From the NCBI GenBank assembly GCA_963743305.1, contig CAVUPH010000006.1, positions 64,001-128,000 of the forward strand: a stretch of DNA of 64,000 nt. Direction: 5' to 3'. The notes beneath the pieces were generated by a model. It worked only from the letters and a program-made list of their open reading frames with translations. It made no database searches and was not told where the DNA came from. Positions within the stretch are counted from its first letter, which is position 1. Each line of letters opens with the position of its first letter. The position numbers and the translations under genes are program-made. The DNA comes from an uncultured delta proteobacterium (lineage in GTDB: Bacteria; Desulfobacterota; RBG-13-43-22). Positions 20,220-30,174 of this stretch are shown here, in pieces.

Positions 20220-21239
20220 TTAATTTCGGCCCAAGAGGCCTCGGGGCCGGATGAGCAAGATAATGGCCATGATCATAATGTTTACACCCAGAGCGAGCTT
20301 GGGCACCAAGAAGGACACATAATTAAAGGCCAGACCGACCATGAGGGCCCCCAGAAAACTGCCGGTCACCGAGCCCAGGCCGCCAATGATGACCACGATC
20401 AGCGCGAAGATCAGATTCTCGTCGCCCATACCGGGATAGATATGCCCATTGAAAAGGGAGATCATCACCCCGCCCATGGCGGCCAGGCCCGCCCCGGCAG
20501 CGAAGACGCCCGCAAAGATACGCTGGATATTGTAACCCATGACCTGGACGATCTCCTTGTTTTCCACCCCGGCCCGGACGATGATACCCAGCTTGGTCTT
20601 TCGAAGTACCAACTGGATACCCACAAAAACCGATCCCCCGACCAGGATGGCCACCCCCCGGAACTTGTTGACCACCACGTTGAACAGGTCCCAGGAGTTT
20701 TGGAAGGCCGCCGGTATGGCGATGGCTTCGTCATTGGGTCCCCAGAAGATCTTGATGATTTCGGTCATCACCAGGGCCGCGCCCATGGTGATGAGGATCT
20801 GTTTCAGGTGGTTCCCATAGGTCTTGCGGATGATCATTTTTTCCAGGATCAGACCCAAGATGGCCCCGACCGCCAGCGAGAGCAGCAGGACCAGGAGCAG
20901 ACTCCCGATGCTTTTTTCCAGGGAGGCCATTTCCACCCAGCCTTTCCGGTTAAGAAAGCCAAGCAGAGAAAAACCGGCATAGGCCCCCCAGGCAAAGAAG
21001 GCCCCGTGGGTCAGGTTGAGCACATCCATCAGGCCGAAGATGACCGTCAATCCCGAGGCGGTCAGAAATAGGAGCACCCCCATGGTCACTCCGGCGATGG
21101 TCAAGGTCAGATAAGTGGTCAGGTCGGTCCACAAAAGGGGCACAACCCATATCCCTAGACCCAAGATCCAACTGGCTATCTTTCGGATATCAAATTCTCC
21201 ACGGTTTACTGAACCTGCCAGTCCTGCCTCAACCGCCAT
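20220..21239 (-). CDS. Liv-type ABC transporter permease (LivH-like)
   Basis: ASGLTVIFGLMDVLNLTHG, VIIGGLGS, RPRGLLG. Confidence 0.9.
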   Translation of the reverse strand: MAVEAGLAGSVNRGEFDIRKIASWILGLGIWVVPLLWTDLTTYLTLTIAGVTMGVLLFLTASGLTVIFGLMDVLNLTHGAFFAWGAYAGFSLLGFLNRKGWVEMASLEKSIGSLLLVLLLSLAVGAILGLILEKMIIRKTYGNHLKQILITMGAALVMTEIIKIFWGPNDEAIAIPAAFQNSWDLFNVVVNKFRGVAILVGGSVFVGIQLVLRKTKLGIIVRAGVENKEIVQVMGYNIQRIFAGVFAAGAGLAAMGGVMISLFNGHIYPGMGDENLIFALIVVIIGGLGSVTGSFLGALMVGLAFNYVSFLVPKLALGVNIMIMAIILLIRPRGLLGRN

Positions 21240-21252
21240 GGTATCCCTCCTG

Positions 21253-21963
21253 TCAGGCTATGCCCAGGTATTTTTGTTTCAGATCATGGTCCTTCACCAG
21301 ATCCTCCATAAGTCCCTGATGAACCACCCGGCCGTCATCCAGGATAAAATAATCCTGTCCCACCTTACTGGCTAAATAAAAATTCTGTTCCACCAAAACA
21401 ATGGTGGTCGTTTCCTTGATCTGGTTGAGCGCCTCCCCCAGGTGTTCGACCACCACGGGCGCTAACCCCTTTGAGGGTTCGTCGATTAGAACGATTTGAT
21501 GCTCCAGGGCCAGGGCCAGGGCTATAGCCAGCATTTGTTTCTGGCCTCCGGACAGGAGTCCGGCCTTGGAATGGAGGAACTTTTTGAGGTCCGGGAACAG
21601 TTTAAAGACGGTTTCCAATCGCTGCCAGGCTTCTCTGTTTTCCTTAAACATGGCCAAGCGGAAATTTTCTTCCACGGTCAATGAGTAGATAACGGCAAAA
21701 TCTTCGGGAACGAACCCTAGGCCCAGACGGGCGATTTCAAAAGGCTTACGGCCCTGGATGGCTTGGCCGTCAAATGTTATCGTCCCCGCTGTGGCCGGGC
21801 TAAGACCCATGATGGTCCGCAAGGTCGTGGACTTGCCGGCGCCGTTTCTTCCTAAAAGCACGGTGGCTCTTCCCGGGTTGACCTCAAGAGACACCCCCTG
21901 GAGGATATGATGCTGTTGAATGTGGGTGTGCACATCCAGAAGAGAAAGGATCGATTCAATCAT
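21253..21963 (-). CDS. ABC ATP-binding protein (LivF-like)
   Basis: GRNGAGKST, LSGGQ, DEPSKGL, LVEQN. Confidence 0.92.
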   Translation of the reverse strand: MIESILSLLDVHTHIQQHHILQGVSLEVNPGRATVLLGRNGAGKSTTLRTIMGLSPATAGTITFDGQAIQGRKPFEIARLGLGFVPEDFAVIYSLTVEENFRLAMFKENREAWQRLETVFKLFPDLKKFLHSKAGLLSGGQKQMLAIALALALEHQIVLIDEPSKGLAPVVVEHLGEALNQIKETTTIVLVEQNFYLASKVGQDYFILDDGRVVHQGLMEDLVKDHDLKQKYLGIA

Positions 21964-22723
21964 GCTTCACCCCTCCGGATAAATAGGCTTCCTGGACCTC
22001 CTGGTTTTGAGCGACCGTTTCGGGCGAACCGTCACAGATGAGACCACCGTCCTTGAGCACGGCGATCGTGTCCGAAACGGACATGATCATGTCAAATTTG
22101 TGCTCCACCAAAAGGATCGTCCGATTCCTTCCGGACTTGATTTGCTGGATGAGATCAAGGATGGCCGGGACCTCCTCCAGGCTCATGCCGGCCGTGGGTT
22201 CATCCAGCAGCAGCACCTCCGGGTCCAGGGCCAGGAGGATGGCGATTTCCAGCTTACGCTTCTCCCCGTGGGTCAGGCTGGCGGCGTCATCAGCCCAGCG
22301 ATCGCTCAGGAGAACCTGTTGCAAAAGCTGATAGGCCTGATCCTCCAGGGCGCCGTAAGAACGGTAATAGCGCCAAAACACCAGTCCAATATCCGCCTTC
22401 GACTGGAGGGCCACCCGGACGTTTTCCAGGACACTTAAGGCCGGAAAGATGTTGGTCAACTGAAAAGACCGCCCCAGGCCCAGCTTGGTTCGTTCGGCCG
22501 GGCCCAGGCCGGTGATGTCTTCACCCTTGAACAGGACCTTTCCGGCCGTGGGCCGGTACTGTCCGCTGATCAGATTGAACAAGGTGGTCTTCCCGGCCCC
22601 GTTGGGACCGATGAGTGACTTGAGGCAGAAAGGCTCTACCTTGAGGTTGACCTTATTGACGGCAACGTTGCCGCCGAAATGGATGGTCAGGTCCCGGGTT
22701 TCGATAATCGGTGACTGGTTCAT
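21956..22723 (-). CDS. ABC ATP-binding protein (LivG-like)
   Basis: GPNGAGKTT, LTHGE, DEPTAG, VEH, VQEAYL. Confidence 0.92.
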   Translation of the reverse strand: MNQSPIIETRDLTIHFGGNVAVNKVNLKVEPFCLKSLIGPNGAGKTTLFNLISGQYRPTAGKVLFKGEDITGLGPAERTKLGLGRSFQLTNIFPALSVLENVRVALQSKADIGLVFWRYYRSYGALEDQAYQLLQQVLLSDRWADDAASLTHGEKRKLEIAILLALDPEVLLLDEPTAGMSLEEVPAILDLIQQIKSGRNRTILLVEHKFDMIMSVSDTIAVLKDGGLICDGSPETVAQNQEVQEAYLSGGVKHD

Positions 22724-22738
22724 TCCGGACTCCAGTGG

Positions 22739-22780
22739 ATAAATTTATACGCGCCGGTCTCCCGGCGCGTATAAATTTAT
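22739..22780. terminator. Perfect 19-bp stem hairpin after the substrate-binding protein gene (terminator or mRNA-stabilising stem)
   Basis: ATAAATTTATACGCGCCGG-TCTC-CCGGCGCGTATAAATTTAT. Confidence 0.65.
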
Positions 22781-22784
22781 GAAC

Positions 22785-23981
22785 TTACTTTTTGTTGCGG
22801 ATGGGGATATTCATGTCCTTCCAGGTCAGCTCCCTTACCAACTCAGGGATGGCCCATTTAACGTTGGGGTCCACCTTGATCTTGAAAACGTACATGGATT
22901 GCAGGGCCTGGTGATCCTCGGGTCTGAAGACCATTTCGCCCTTGGGAGTCTGGAAGTGCATCCCTTCCAGGGTCTTGATCAATTTTTCCGTATCTGTGGA
23001 GCCGGCCTTGGTCAGTCCGGCCACCACGGCCATGGCCGCCGAGAAACCGCCGCAGGTAAAGAAGTCCGGCGGAGCATGAAAACGTTTTTCATGTTCTTTA
23101 ACCAGCCAGTCGTTGATCGGGTTCTTGGGGATATCGTAATAATAATAGATGGCCCCTTGCATACCGACCAAAGGTTTATAGAGGGCTAAGGCGTCCAAGA
23201 TGTTGCCGCCGGTGGTAACCTTGATGCCATACTTCTCCAATCCCATTCCGGCGATGGAGAAGGGATTGCCCTTGCCGGCCCAGATGATGAAGATATATTT
23301 CTCGCCCTTCAGGTCTTTCATGGCTTGAATGATCCGCTGCACCGGGGCAGTAAAATCGGTGGTGTTGATCGGGGCGTATTCTTCGTGGACCACCTTGGCC
23401 CCTTTGGCTTCGGCCGCCTCTTTGTAGGCCTTGACCCCGTCCCGGCCGAAGGCATAGTCCTGGGCCAGGGTGGAAATAAATACACCGGGCTTGGCTACGG
23501 CCAATGCGTTGGAGATGGCATCCTGGGAGGAATTGCGGCCCGTGCGGAAGATATAGCGGTTCCAAGCCTCACCGGTGATGGAATCGGCTACGGCCGGTTC
23601 GACGATGAGTATCTTTTTGAATTCCTTGGCCACGGGAAGCATAGCCATGGCGACCGGCGAAAAAACCCCGCCCACGGCCAAGTCGGCATTGTCGTCTTTA
23701 AAGGCTTCGGTCAGCATCTGTTTACCCACGTCGGGCTTGGCCTGGGTGTCCTTGACGATGACCTTAATCGGCCGGTCCAGAACTTTCATGGTACCCTTGG
23801 TGGCATACTCCAAGCCCAGTTGAAACCCGTTGACGGATTGTTTGGCGTAAGCCTCCAGGGGGCCGGTCAGATCCACGACCTGGACGATCTTGATCGGCTC
23901 CGCCGCCAGTGCCCCGGAAACCAACAAACCACACACCAAAGCTGTTGCTGTCAACATCGATACCATTCTTCTCACATCCAT
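22785..23981 (-). CDS. ABC substrate-binding protein (Leu/Ile/Val-binding fold)
   Basis: Signal peptide; DLTGPL, EPAVADSITG, YIFRTGRNS, RPEDHQALQ. Confidence 0.9.
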   Translation of the reverse strand: MDVRRMVSMLTATALVCGLLVSGALAAEPIKIVQVVDLTGPLEAYAKQSVNGFQLGLEYATKGTMKVLDRPIKVIVKDTQAKPDVGKQMLTEAFKDDNADLAVGGVFSPVAMAMLPVAKEFKKILIVEPAVADSITGEAWNRYIFRTGRNSSQDAISNALAVAKPGVFISTLAQDYAFGRDGVKAYKEAAEAKGAKVVHEEYAPINTTDFTAPVQRIIQAMKDLKGEKYIFIIWAGKGNPFSIAGMGLEKYGIKVTTGGNILDALALYKPLVGMQGAIYYYYDIPKNPINDWLVKEHEKRFHAPPDFFTCGGFSAAMAVVAGLTKAGSTDTEKLIKTLEGMHFQTPKGEMVFRPEDHQALQSMYVFKIKVDPNVKWAIPELVRELTWKDMNIPIRNKK

Positions 23982-24147
23982 GGTTCTCCTCCTTTTTTAG
24001 GGATTATTAATTATTAGATCATGAGGTTTGGTTGTTGCCGCGCCCCCCCAATTATCATCTTTCGGGGTGCCCACCGCGGGCAGGGGGGGGTTAACACTGG
24101 ACCCTTGCCGTGCGATTCGAATTCCGGACTCCGCAATTGAGCCCCAT

Positions 24148-25674
24148 TCACTTCAGCCTATCCCGAAGCTCGGTTTTTAAGACCTTGCCGGCCGCATTGC
24201 GGGGCAAGCGGTCGATAAAAACCACCTGTTTGGGAATCTTGTACCTGGCCAGCCGGCCCCGGAGGTGATCGAGGATCTCCGCCTCGCCCAAAAGTTGTCC
24301 CTCCTTGAGAACCACCACGGCCAGGCCGACCTCACCCCATTTTTTATCGGGAAGACCTATCACCGCCGCCTCGGAAACCGGGGATAGCTCGAAGAGGACG
24401 TTTTCCACCTCGGCCGGATACACATTTTCCCCGCCGGAGATGAACATGTCCTTTTTGCGCTCCACGATGGTCAGGTCACCCTCCTCGTCCATCCGGGCCA
24501 GATCGCCGGTATGAAACCAGCCCCCGGCCAAGGCCTCCGCCGTAGACTCCGGCCGGTTCCAGTAGCCCCGCATCAGGTTGGGCCCCCGGATGACCAGTTC
24601 TCCCACGGCGTCCGTCGCCACGTCCTGGAGATCGTCGTCCACTATCCGGGCCTCTACATGAAACAGGGCCCGGCCGATGGAGCCGGCCTTGCGGAGGGCC
24701 CGATCCTTTCCCAAAGTCGCTATGCTGGGGGCCGCCTCGCTCATGCCGAAACCCTGCTGGAGCACGATGCCCGCCCGGTGGTACTGCTCAACCAGGCTGA
24801 CCGGCAGGGGCGCCCCGCCGCTCATGACCAGGCGGACCTTCTCGAAGGCCCGGGCCTGGAAATCTGGATGCTGGATCAAAAACAAAAAGACGGCCGGCAC
24901 ACCGAAAAATAAGGTGATGCTCTCTTCTTGCAACAGCCTTAAGGTTTCGGTCGGTTCGAAAGTGCGCTGAATGACCACCGTACCCCCCGCGTACAGCATC
25001 GGCAGGGTAAACAACCCGATGCCTCCGATATGAAACATGGGCAGGACCAGTAGGTTTCGATCCCGGGGAGTGAAGTAGAGGTCCATTTCCAGGTTAACGG
25101 CATTCCAAAAACTGGCCCCTTGGGTCAGCACGGCTCCCTTGGGCCGGCCGGTAGTGCCGGCGGTGTACATGATGATATGGGGAGTTTCCAGGCCAACCGG
25201 TTCGGCGGGTTCCGGCTCCTGCTCGGATTGCCCGGCCAGGACCTTTTCATAAGCCGGGGCGCCGGTCGTCCCTTCCTCTCCCAGAATCAGCCGGCGCCGG
25301 ACCGGGGTTTGACCGATCAGGCCCTGAACCACCTCCGCAAACCCCGGGTCAAAAATCAGCGTTTCAGTCCCGCTGTCGGAGAGGTTGAAGGCCAGTTCGG
25401 CCGGGGAAAGCCTCCAGTTCAAGGGCACCAGCAGCAGTCCCAGCTTGGCCGTGGCAAAAATCACCTCGACATATTCCAGGCAGTTATAGGCCAGCAGCGC
25501 GCAACGGTCGCCCGGCTCCAGGCCTTGGGCCTGAAGGGCCCGGGAAAGCCGATTGACCCGGCTATTGAGTTCCCGGTAGCTGAGCCGGCGTCTCCCGTCC
25601 ACCAAAGCCTCCCGGTCGCCATTCAAAAAAGCCCGTTTGGTCAACCAGAAACCGATTCCTTGCGCTTCCATCAT
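24148..25674 (-). CDS. Acyl-CoA synthetase (second paralogue)
   Basis: YTAGTTGRPKG, GFGMSE, FHTGD, PRNAAGK. Confidence 0.9.
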   Translation of the reverse strand: MMEAQGIGFWLTKRAFLNGDREALVDGRRRLSYRELNSRVNRLSRALQAQGLEPGDRCALLAYNCLEYVEVIFATAKLGLLLVPLNWRLSPAELAFNLSDSGTETLIFDPGFAEVVQGLIGQTPVRRRLILGEEGTTGAPAYEKVLAGQSEQEPEPAEPVGLETPHIIMYTAGTTGRPKGAVLTQGASFWNAVNLEMDLYFTPRDRNLLVLPMFHIGGIGLFTLPMLYAGGTVVIQRTFEPTETLRLLQEESITLFFGVPAVFLFLIQHPDFQARAFEKVRLVMSGGAPLPVSLVEQYHRAGIVLQQGFGMSEAAPSIATLGKDRALRKAGSIGRALFHVEARIVDDDLQDVATDAVGELVIRGPNLMRGYWNRPESTAEALAGGWFHTGDLARMDEEGDLTIVERKKDMFISGGENVYPAEVENVLFELSPVSEAAVIGLPDKKWGEVGLAVVVLKEGQLLGEAEILDHLRGRLARYKIPKQVVFIDRLPRNAAGKVLKTELRDRLK

Positions 25675-25686
25675 CCGCCGCCGTCC

Positions 25687-26268
25687 TCAGAATAGTTTTT
25701 TCATCAGCCCGGCCAGATTCCGGGCGAAGGTGGTAACCACCTCCAAACCGATCAGATCTTTTTCCGCGTCGCGGGCCCCCCGGGTGCCGGCCACCCCTAC
25801 ATTCCAGTAGATCGATCCGGGAACGATCAGCCCGTTAAAAAAGAACCAGAGCAGAAGCTGGGAGAAGGCCAGATTGTGCCCGGCCCGCTGGGCCACGGTA
25901 ATCGGTCCGCCGACCTTGCCGTTAAAAAATTTGCCGTTCCAGTAGGACACGAAGGTGGCCCGGGAAAGCAAGGCCATCATCTGGGGGACCACCGAACTGA
26001 GGTAGACCGGAGAACCGAGGATCAGGCCTTCGACCCGGCACATCCGGGTGAAGATTTCTTCAAAATCATCCCCCGTGATGGTGCAGAACCCCTGGGTCTG
26101 ACAGTCATAACAACCGGTGCAGGGCTTGATTTCCCTATCCCGCAACGAAAGCAACTCCGTTTCGATCTCTTCTTCTTCCAACACCTTCAAGGCCGTTTCC
26201 ACATAATAAAGGGTATTGCTTTGATCGCGTAGACTCCCGCTGATGCCCAAGACCTTCATCTTCTTCAC
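25687..26268 (-). CDS. Iron-sulfur flavoprotein / flavodoxin family protein
   Basis: MKVLGISGSLR, CTGCYDC-X5-C, GSPVY; GTG at 26268 overlaps the upstream stop (alternative ATG 26259). Confidence 0.85.
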   Translation of the reverse strand: MKKMKVLGISGSLRDQSNTLYYVETALKVLEEEEIETELLSLRDREIKPCTGCYDCQTQGFCTITGDDFEEIFTRMCRVEGLILGSPVYLSSVVPQMMALLSRATFVSYWNGKFFNGKVGGPITVAQRAGHNLAFSQLLLWFFFNGLIVPGSIYWNVGVAGTRGARDAEKDLIGLEVVTTFARNLAGLMKKLF

Positions 26269-27080
26269 TCCTTTTCCCGACAGAGTCCCTTGGGCGGCAA
26301 CGCCGTAGAGGGCAGGACCCCGGTTTTGATCTGCTGACACATAAGCTCGACAAAATACGAATGATCAAAGCACTTCCGGAACTCCTCGGTTTCCACGCGG
26401 AGCCCCTCTGAAAGCGGCCGGTCCTGGGAAGCCCGGACGGCCTTTTTGGCCTGGGCCAGGGCGTAGGCCGGGCTTTTTAAGATGGGCTTTAGAAATTTGG
26501 CCGTTTCACTCAGGAGTTCTTCGGCCGGAACCAGGGTGTGAATCAGATTCAACTCCAGGGCCTCTTTCGCCGGGTAAAGGCGTCCGCTCAGGATCATCTC
26601 CAGGGCCCGGCCCAGACCCACCACCCGGGGCAGACGCTGGGTCCCTCCCCCGCCCGGGATCAACCCCACCTTCACCTCGGGGAGCCCGATGCGGGCCCGG
26701 TCCCCGGCGATGCGGAAATCGCAGGCCAGGGCCAATTCATAGCCGCCCCCGAAACAGAGGCCGTTGATCGCCGCCACCAGGAGCAAGGGACTGGCCTCCA
26801 TGCGGTTAAATAAATTTTGAATGCGGCGGGAAAAGACCGCGGCTTCGTCCGGGTGGCACTGCATCATTTCGACGCCGTCGGCCCCGCCGATAAAATAGGT
26901 CTTGCCGGCCCCGGTAATCACCGCCGCCCGGGCCGGGGTACCCTCCGCCTCCGTCAGCGCCTGGTCCAGTTCAGCCATGAGCGCCGAGTTGATGGAGTTC
27001 CGGTCTTTTAGCCGATTGACGGTCAGCCAGCAGATGTCTTCCCGGTACTCGACCAGCAATAAGGAATATTTTTTCGACAT
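26265..27080 (-). CDS. Enoyl-CoA hydratase/isomerase family protein
   Basis: AAINGLCFGGGYELALACD, GLPEVKVGLIPGGGGTQRL (both catalytic Glu present). Confidence 0.9.
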   Translation of the reverse strand: MSKKYSLLLVEYREDICWLTVNRLKDRNSINSALMAELDQALTEAEGTPARAAVITGAGKTYFIGGADGVEMMQCHPDEAAVFSRRIQNLFNRMEASPLLLVAAINGLCFGGGYELALACDFRIAGDRARIGLPEVKVGLIPGGGGTQRLPRVVGLGRALEMILSGRLYPAKEALELNLIHTLVPAEELLSETAKFLKPILKSPAYALAQAKKAVRASQDRPLSEGLRVETEEFRKCFDHSYFVELMCQQIKTGVLPSTALPPKGLCREKE

Positions 27081-27147
27081 TGGTTTTCTCTTTTGCCCTC
27101 GGGCCCTCTGCGGGCACTCCCGGAGCCTGAGAATTTCGATATTCGTC

Positions 27148-27900
27148 TCAAATCACCCACCCCCCGTTGGGGCTGAAAATCTGCCCGGTAAAGAAGTCCG
27201 ACTCCGGGGAGGCCAGGTAGGCCACCAATCCTCCGATTTCCGCGGGTTCACCCAGCCGTTTCAACGGCGTTCTTTTGAGGACGTACTCCTCGAAACCTTC
27301 GGGGAGACCGTCCAACATCGGGGTCTCGATGTAGCCCGGGGCGATCACATTGACCCGGATATTGTATTTGGCCGCCTCCAGGGCCAGGGTTTTGCCCAGC
27401 ATGTTGACCCCTCCCTTGGAGGCACTGTAATGCAGGGAACCCGGCGTCGGGGTCAACGAGGCCACCGAACTGAACAGGATGAGGCGACCGGTCCGGTGCT
27501 CCTTCATCCAACGAACCGCCTCCCGGCAGCAGTAAAACACCCCGTCCAGGTTAACGGACATCACCCTCCGCCATTCGTCGTCATCCAGCTCCTCGATGGA
27601 GGCGGTCCGTCCTAGAATCGCTGCCGTCTGCACCATGATGTCCAGACCTTCGGCCTGGCCCCTCAGGACGGCAAACAGCTCCCGCACGGATTCACTGCGA
27701 GAGACGTCCACCCGGAAGGCGTCGGCCCGGCCGCCAGACTCCCGGATGGCTTGAACCGTTTCGCGGGCGGTTTCCACCTGCAGATCGGCCACGAATACCC
27801 TGATCCCCTGCAAGGCCAAGGTCCCGGCCGCCGCCCGACCCATACCGGAACCGCCGCCCACTACCAGGGCTGTCTCCGCAGGTTTAGTTTTCAAGGCCAA
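27148..27900 (-). CDS. SDR oxidoreductase
   Basis: GGGSGMG, YSASK, VNVIAPG. Confidence 0.88.
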   Translation of the reverse strand: MALKTKPAETALVVGGGSGMGRAAAGTLALQGIRVFVADLQVETARETVQAIRESGGRADAFRVDVSRSESVRELFAVLRGQAEGLDIMVQTAAILGRTASIEELDDDEWRRVMSVNLDGVFYCCREAVRWMKEHRTGRLILFSSVASLTPTPGSLHYSASKGGVNMLGKTLALEAAKYNIRVNVIAPGYIETPMLDGLPEGFEEYVLKRTPLKRLGEPAEIGGLVAYLASPESDFFTGQIFSPNGGWVI

Positions 27901-27956
27901 TTTTTCCTAATTGCCTTAAGCGCCAAAAGGTCTTGAAATGCAAATCGATCCAACAA

Positions 27957-28703
27957 TCAGATATCCCTTCCTTTTTCATAGACCCGGGCCGGTTTGTCCG
28001 TAGGGAAAATTACCAGGCGGTCAGAATCCAGTTGGTCCAGAATGCCCCGGGCAACCTCCTCGGGGGTATCCATAAAGCTTTGGTATTTTTCAATCGCCGG
28101 GGCCATCTCCCTGGCCCCCGAAGAGGCGTTGAAGAATTCGGTGGCGGTCAGGTGGGGGCAGATGGCCAGGACGCGGATACCCGTTCCGGCCAGGTCCCGG
28201 ACCAACCCGCGGGAAAAGCCCAGGAGCGCGTGTTTGCTGGCCACGTAGGCGGATACTTTGTCCGAATGGGCCAGCAATCCCCCGATGGAGGCCAGGTTGA
28301 TGATGAGCCCTTCCCCCTGGGCCTGCATAATTTTTAGGGCCCCCCGGGTCAGCAGCACCGGAGCGAAGAAGTTGATTTCAAACAGCCGCCGCCACTGTTC
28401 TTCGCTAGTATCCATAAAAGGACCGTAGGCCCCGAGTCCGGCATTGTTGACCAGGATGTCCAGTCGCCCCCAGCGTTCCAGCGTTCTTTCTAGAATATCC
28501 CGGCGGCCTTGGGGGTCGGTCACATCGGCCGTGACGCTGAGGTGTTCACCGGGGCATGCGGCGGCCACCGCTTCCAGCTTTTCTTTTCTGCGGGCCGTCA
28601 GGGTAACCCGGGCCCCGGCCCGTGATAATCCTTTGCTCAGGGCGGCGCCTATGCCGGAGCTGGCCCCGGTAATGACTGCGATTTTACCCTCGAGATCGAA
28701 CAC
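27957..28703 (-). CDS. SDR oxidoreductase
   Basis: TGASSGIG, NNAG, YVASK. Confidence 0.88.
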   Translation of the reverse strand: MFDLEGKIAVITGASSGIGAALSKGLSRAGARVTLTARRKEKLEAVAAACPGEHLSVTADVTDPQGRRDILERTLERWGRLDILVNNAGLGAYGPFMDTSEEQWRRLFEINFFAPVLLTRGALKIMQAQGEGLIINLASIGGLLAHSDKVSAYVASKHALLGFSRGLVRDLAGTGIRVLAICPHLTATEFFNASSGAREMAPAIEKYQSFMDTPEEVARGILDQLDSDRLVIFPTDKPARVYEKGRDI

Positions 28704-28738
28704 GGATCAATTCCCGGGTTGATAATTTTTTTTAGAAA

Positions 28739-28791
28739 CTGACAGGTGAACCAACTGTCAGATATTTATCAGCGACTCCTTAGGCTGTCAA
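28739..28791 (-). promoter_or_regulatory. Promoter and palindromic operator upstream of the SDR-led operon
   Basis: TTGACA (28791-28786) with an AT-rich -10 17 nt downstream; palindrome CTGACAG-N9-CTGTCAG at 28739-28761 near the expected transcription start. Confidence 0.6.
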
Positions 28792-28817
28792 TAAAAAAAT
28801 ATAGGAACCGATTTTTT

Positions 28818-30083
28818 TCAAGGAGCCTGGAGGCCCTCCAATACCCATTGGGCCAATTCGTTCAAGAGCGCCGGGGGAAGTTCCACCTGGGGATAGGAAT
28901 TCCAAACCAACCACTTTAAACCGATCAAGTGATTGAGCCCCATGAGGGAGCGGGCCAGAAAAGGCACTGGCAACGTTCGGATCTCCCCTCGTTTTACCCC
29001 CTCCCGCAGTCCGGAAACATAGCCCGCGGCCAACTTTTTATAGTACCACATGCCCGTCTCCAGACCCACGGTTTCACTTTCCCCCACCACCCGATAGATC
29101 CGGCTGTGTTGCCGCAGGAACCGAAAAAAGGTCACCAAGCCCTCCCGCTCCATATCGCGCCGGTCGGCCAGACCCTCCGTGGCCCGTTTCAGGGTCCGGC
29201 GCAATTCCCGGCTCAAATAGCGGACAAAGCCTTCGAGCAGATCCCTTTTGCTTTTGAAGTGAATGTAAAAAGTCCCCTGCGCCACCCCTGCCGAACGGGT
29301 AATTTCGGAAATAGTGGCCCGGTTGAACCCGTACTGACCAAATACGGTTTCGGCGGCCTGGAATAAGGCCCGCTTGGTCATCTGACCCTGGGCGGCGTCC
29401 TCCACCGCCTCCGGAATGTCTTCCGGTTTCCGCACCGAGGAAGAGGGCGACAGGTCCTTGGGCCGGCCCCACGGCTTGGTCCCACTAATTCCCTGTAGAA
29501 TCAGCGCTACCGTCAAGGCGACCAAGCGGTCCGACCGGTAGGCTTCGGTTTTCGGCCCCCAATCCAGGGTATTAAAATAGACCATCCCGATGAGACCGTA
29601 GGTGATCAGGTTCGGATCAAAAGGACGGATGGTGCCCAGCCCGGCTTCCCGCCGGAAGAAGTTTCGATAGAAGCGGGCCATCGAATCGTAGTAACCGATG
29701 GTCACCGAATCGATGAGTTCAAATTCGCCCAGTATGCGGTGGAAATAAAAATGGCTGGAAATATGGTCATAGAGGAGCTGGACCACCCAGGTCAGGCGCT
29801 CCTCCAGACTTCGGAGTCCCGGCGGCAAACCTTCCGCCTTTTCCCAAAAGCGGGAGATGATCAGGTCATTCAGTTCCAGGAAAATCTGTTCCTTGTTCTT
29901 GAAATACTGATAGAAGGTCCCGATGGAGACCCCGCAGCGGCGGGTGATTTCCGAGACGGAGGTTTGGTAATACCCCAGATCCTTGAAGACCTCCTGGGCT
30001 GAGTCCAGGATCGCGGCCCGGGTGTTCAGGCCTTTGGACTTCAAGGAACGACGCGCTGGTGGGTTTTTAGTCGATGGGGGCAT
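28818..30083 (-). CDS. Tandem (double) TetR/AcrR family regulator
   Basis: Two HTH motifs, VSEITRRCGVSIGTFYQYFKNKE and ISEITRSAGVAQGTFYIHFKSK, each followed by a TetR C-terminal domain; start 30083 or up to 30125. Confidence 0.9.
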   Translation of the reverse strand: MPPSTKNPPARRSLKSKGLNTRAAILDSAQEVFKDLGYYQTSVSEITRRCGVSIGTFYQYFKNKEQIFLELNDLIISRFWEKAEGLPPGLRSLEERLTWVVQLLYDHISSHFYFHRILGEFELIDSVTIGYYDSMARFYRNFFRREAGLGTIRPFDPNLITYGLIGMVYFNTLDWGPKTEAYRSDRLVALTVALILQGISGTKPWGRPKDLSPSSSVRKPEDIPEAVEDAAQGQMTKRALFQAAETVFGQYGFNRATISEITRSAGVAQGTFYIHFKSKRDLLEGFVRYLSRELRRTLKRATEGLADRRDMEREGLVTFFRFLRQHSRIYRVVGESETVGLETGMWYYKKLAAGYVSGLREGVKRGEIRTLPVPFLARSLMGLNHLIGLKWLVWNSYPQVELPPALLNELAQWVLEGLQAP

Positions 30084-30096
30084 GTAGCGGTACCTT

Positions 30097-30113
30097 AAAG
30101 GTGAATCACCTTT
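30097..30113. promoter_or_regulatory. Perfect palindrome, candidate TetR autoregulatory operator
   Basis: AAAGGTGA-A-TCACCTTT just upstream of the probable TetR start. Confidence 0.5.
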
Positions 30114-30174
30114 CATATATACCAAAATTAAGCCCTGGGCAACAAAATTTTAGACCGGACTACGGAACAGGAGA

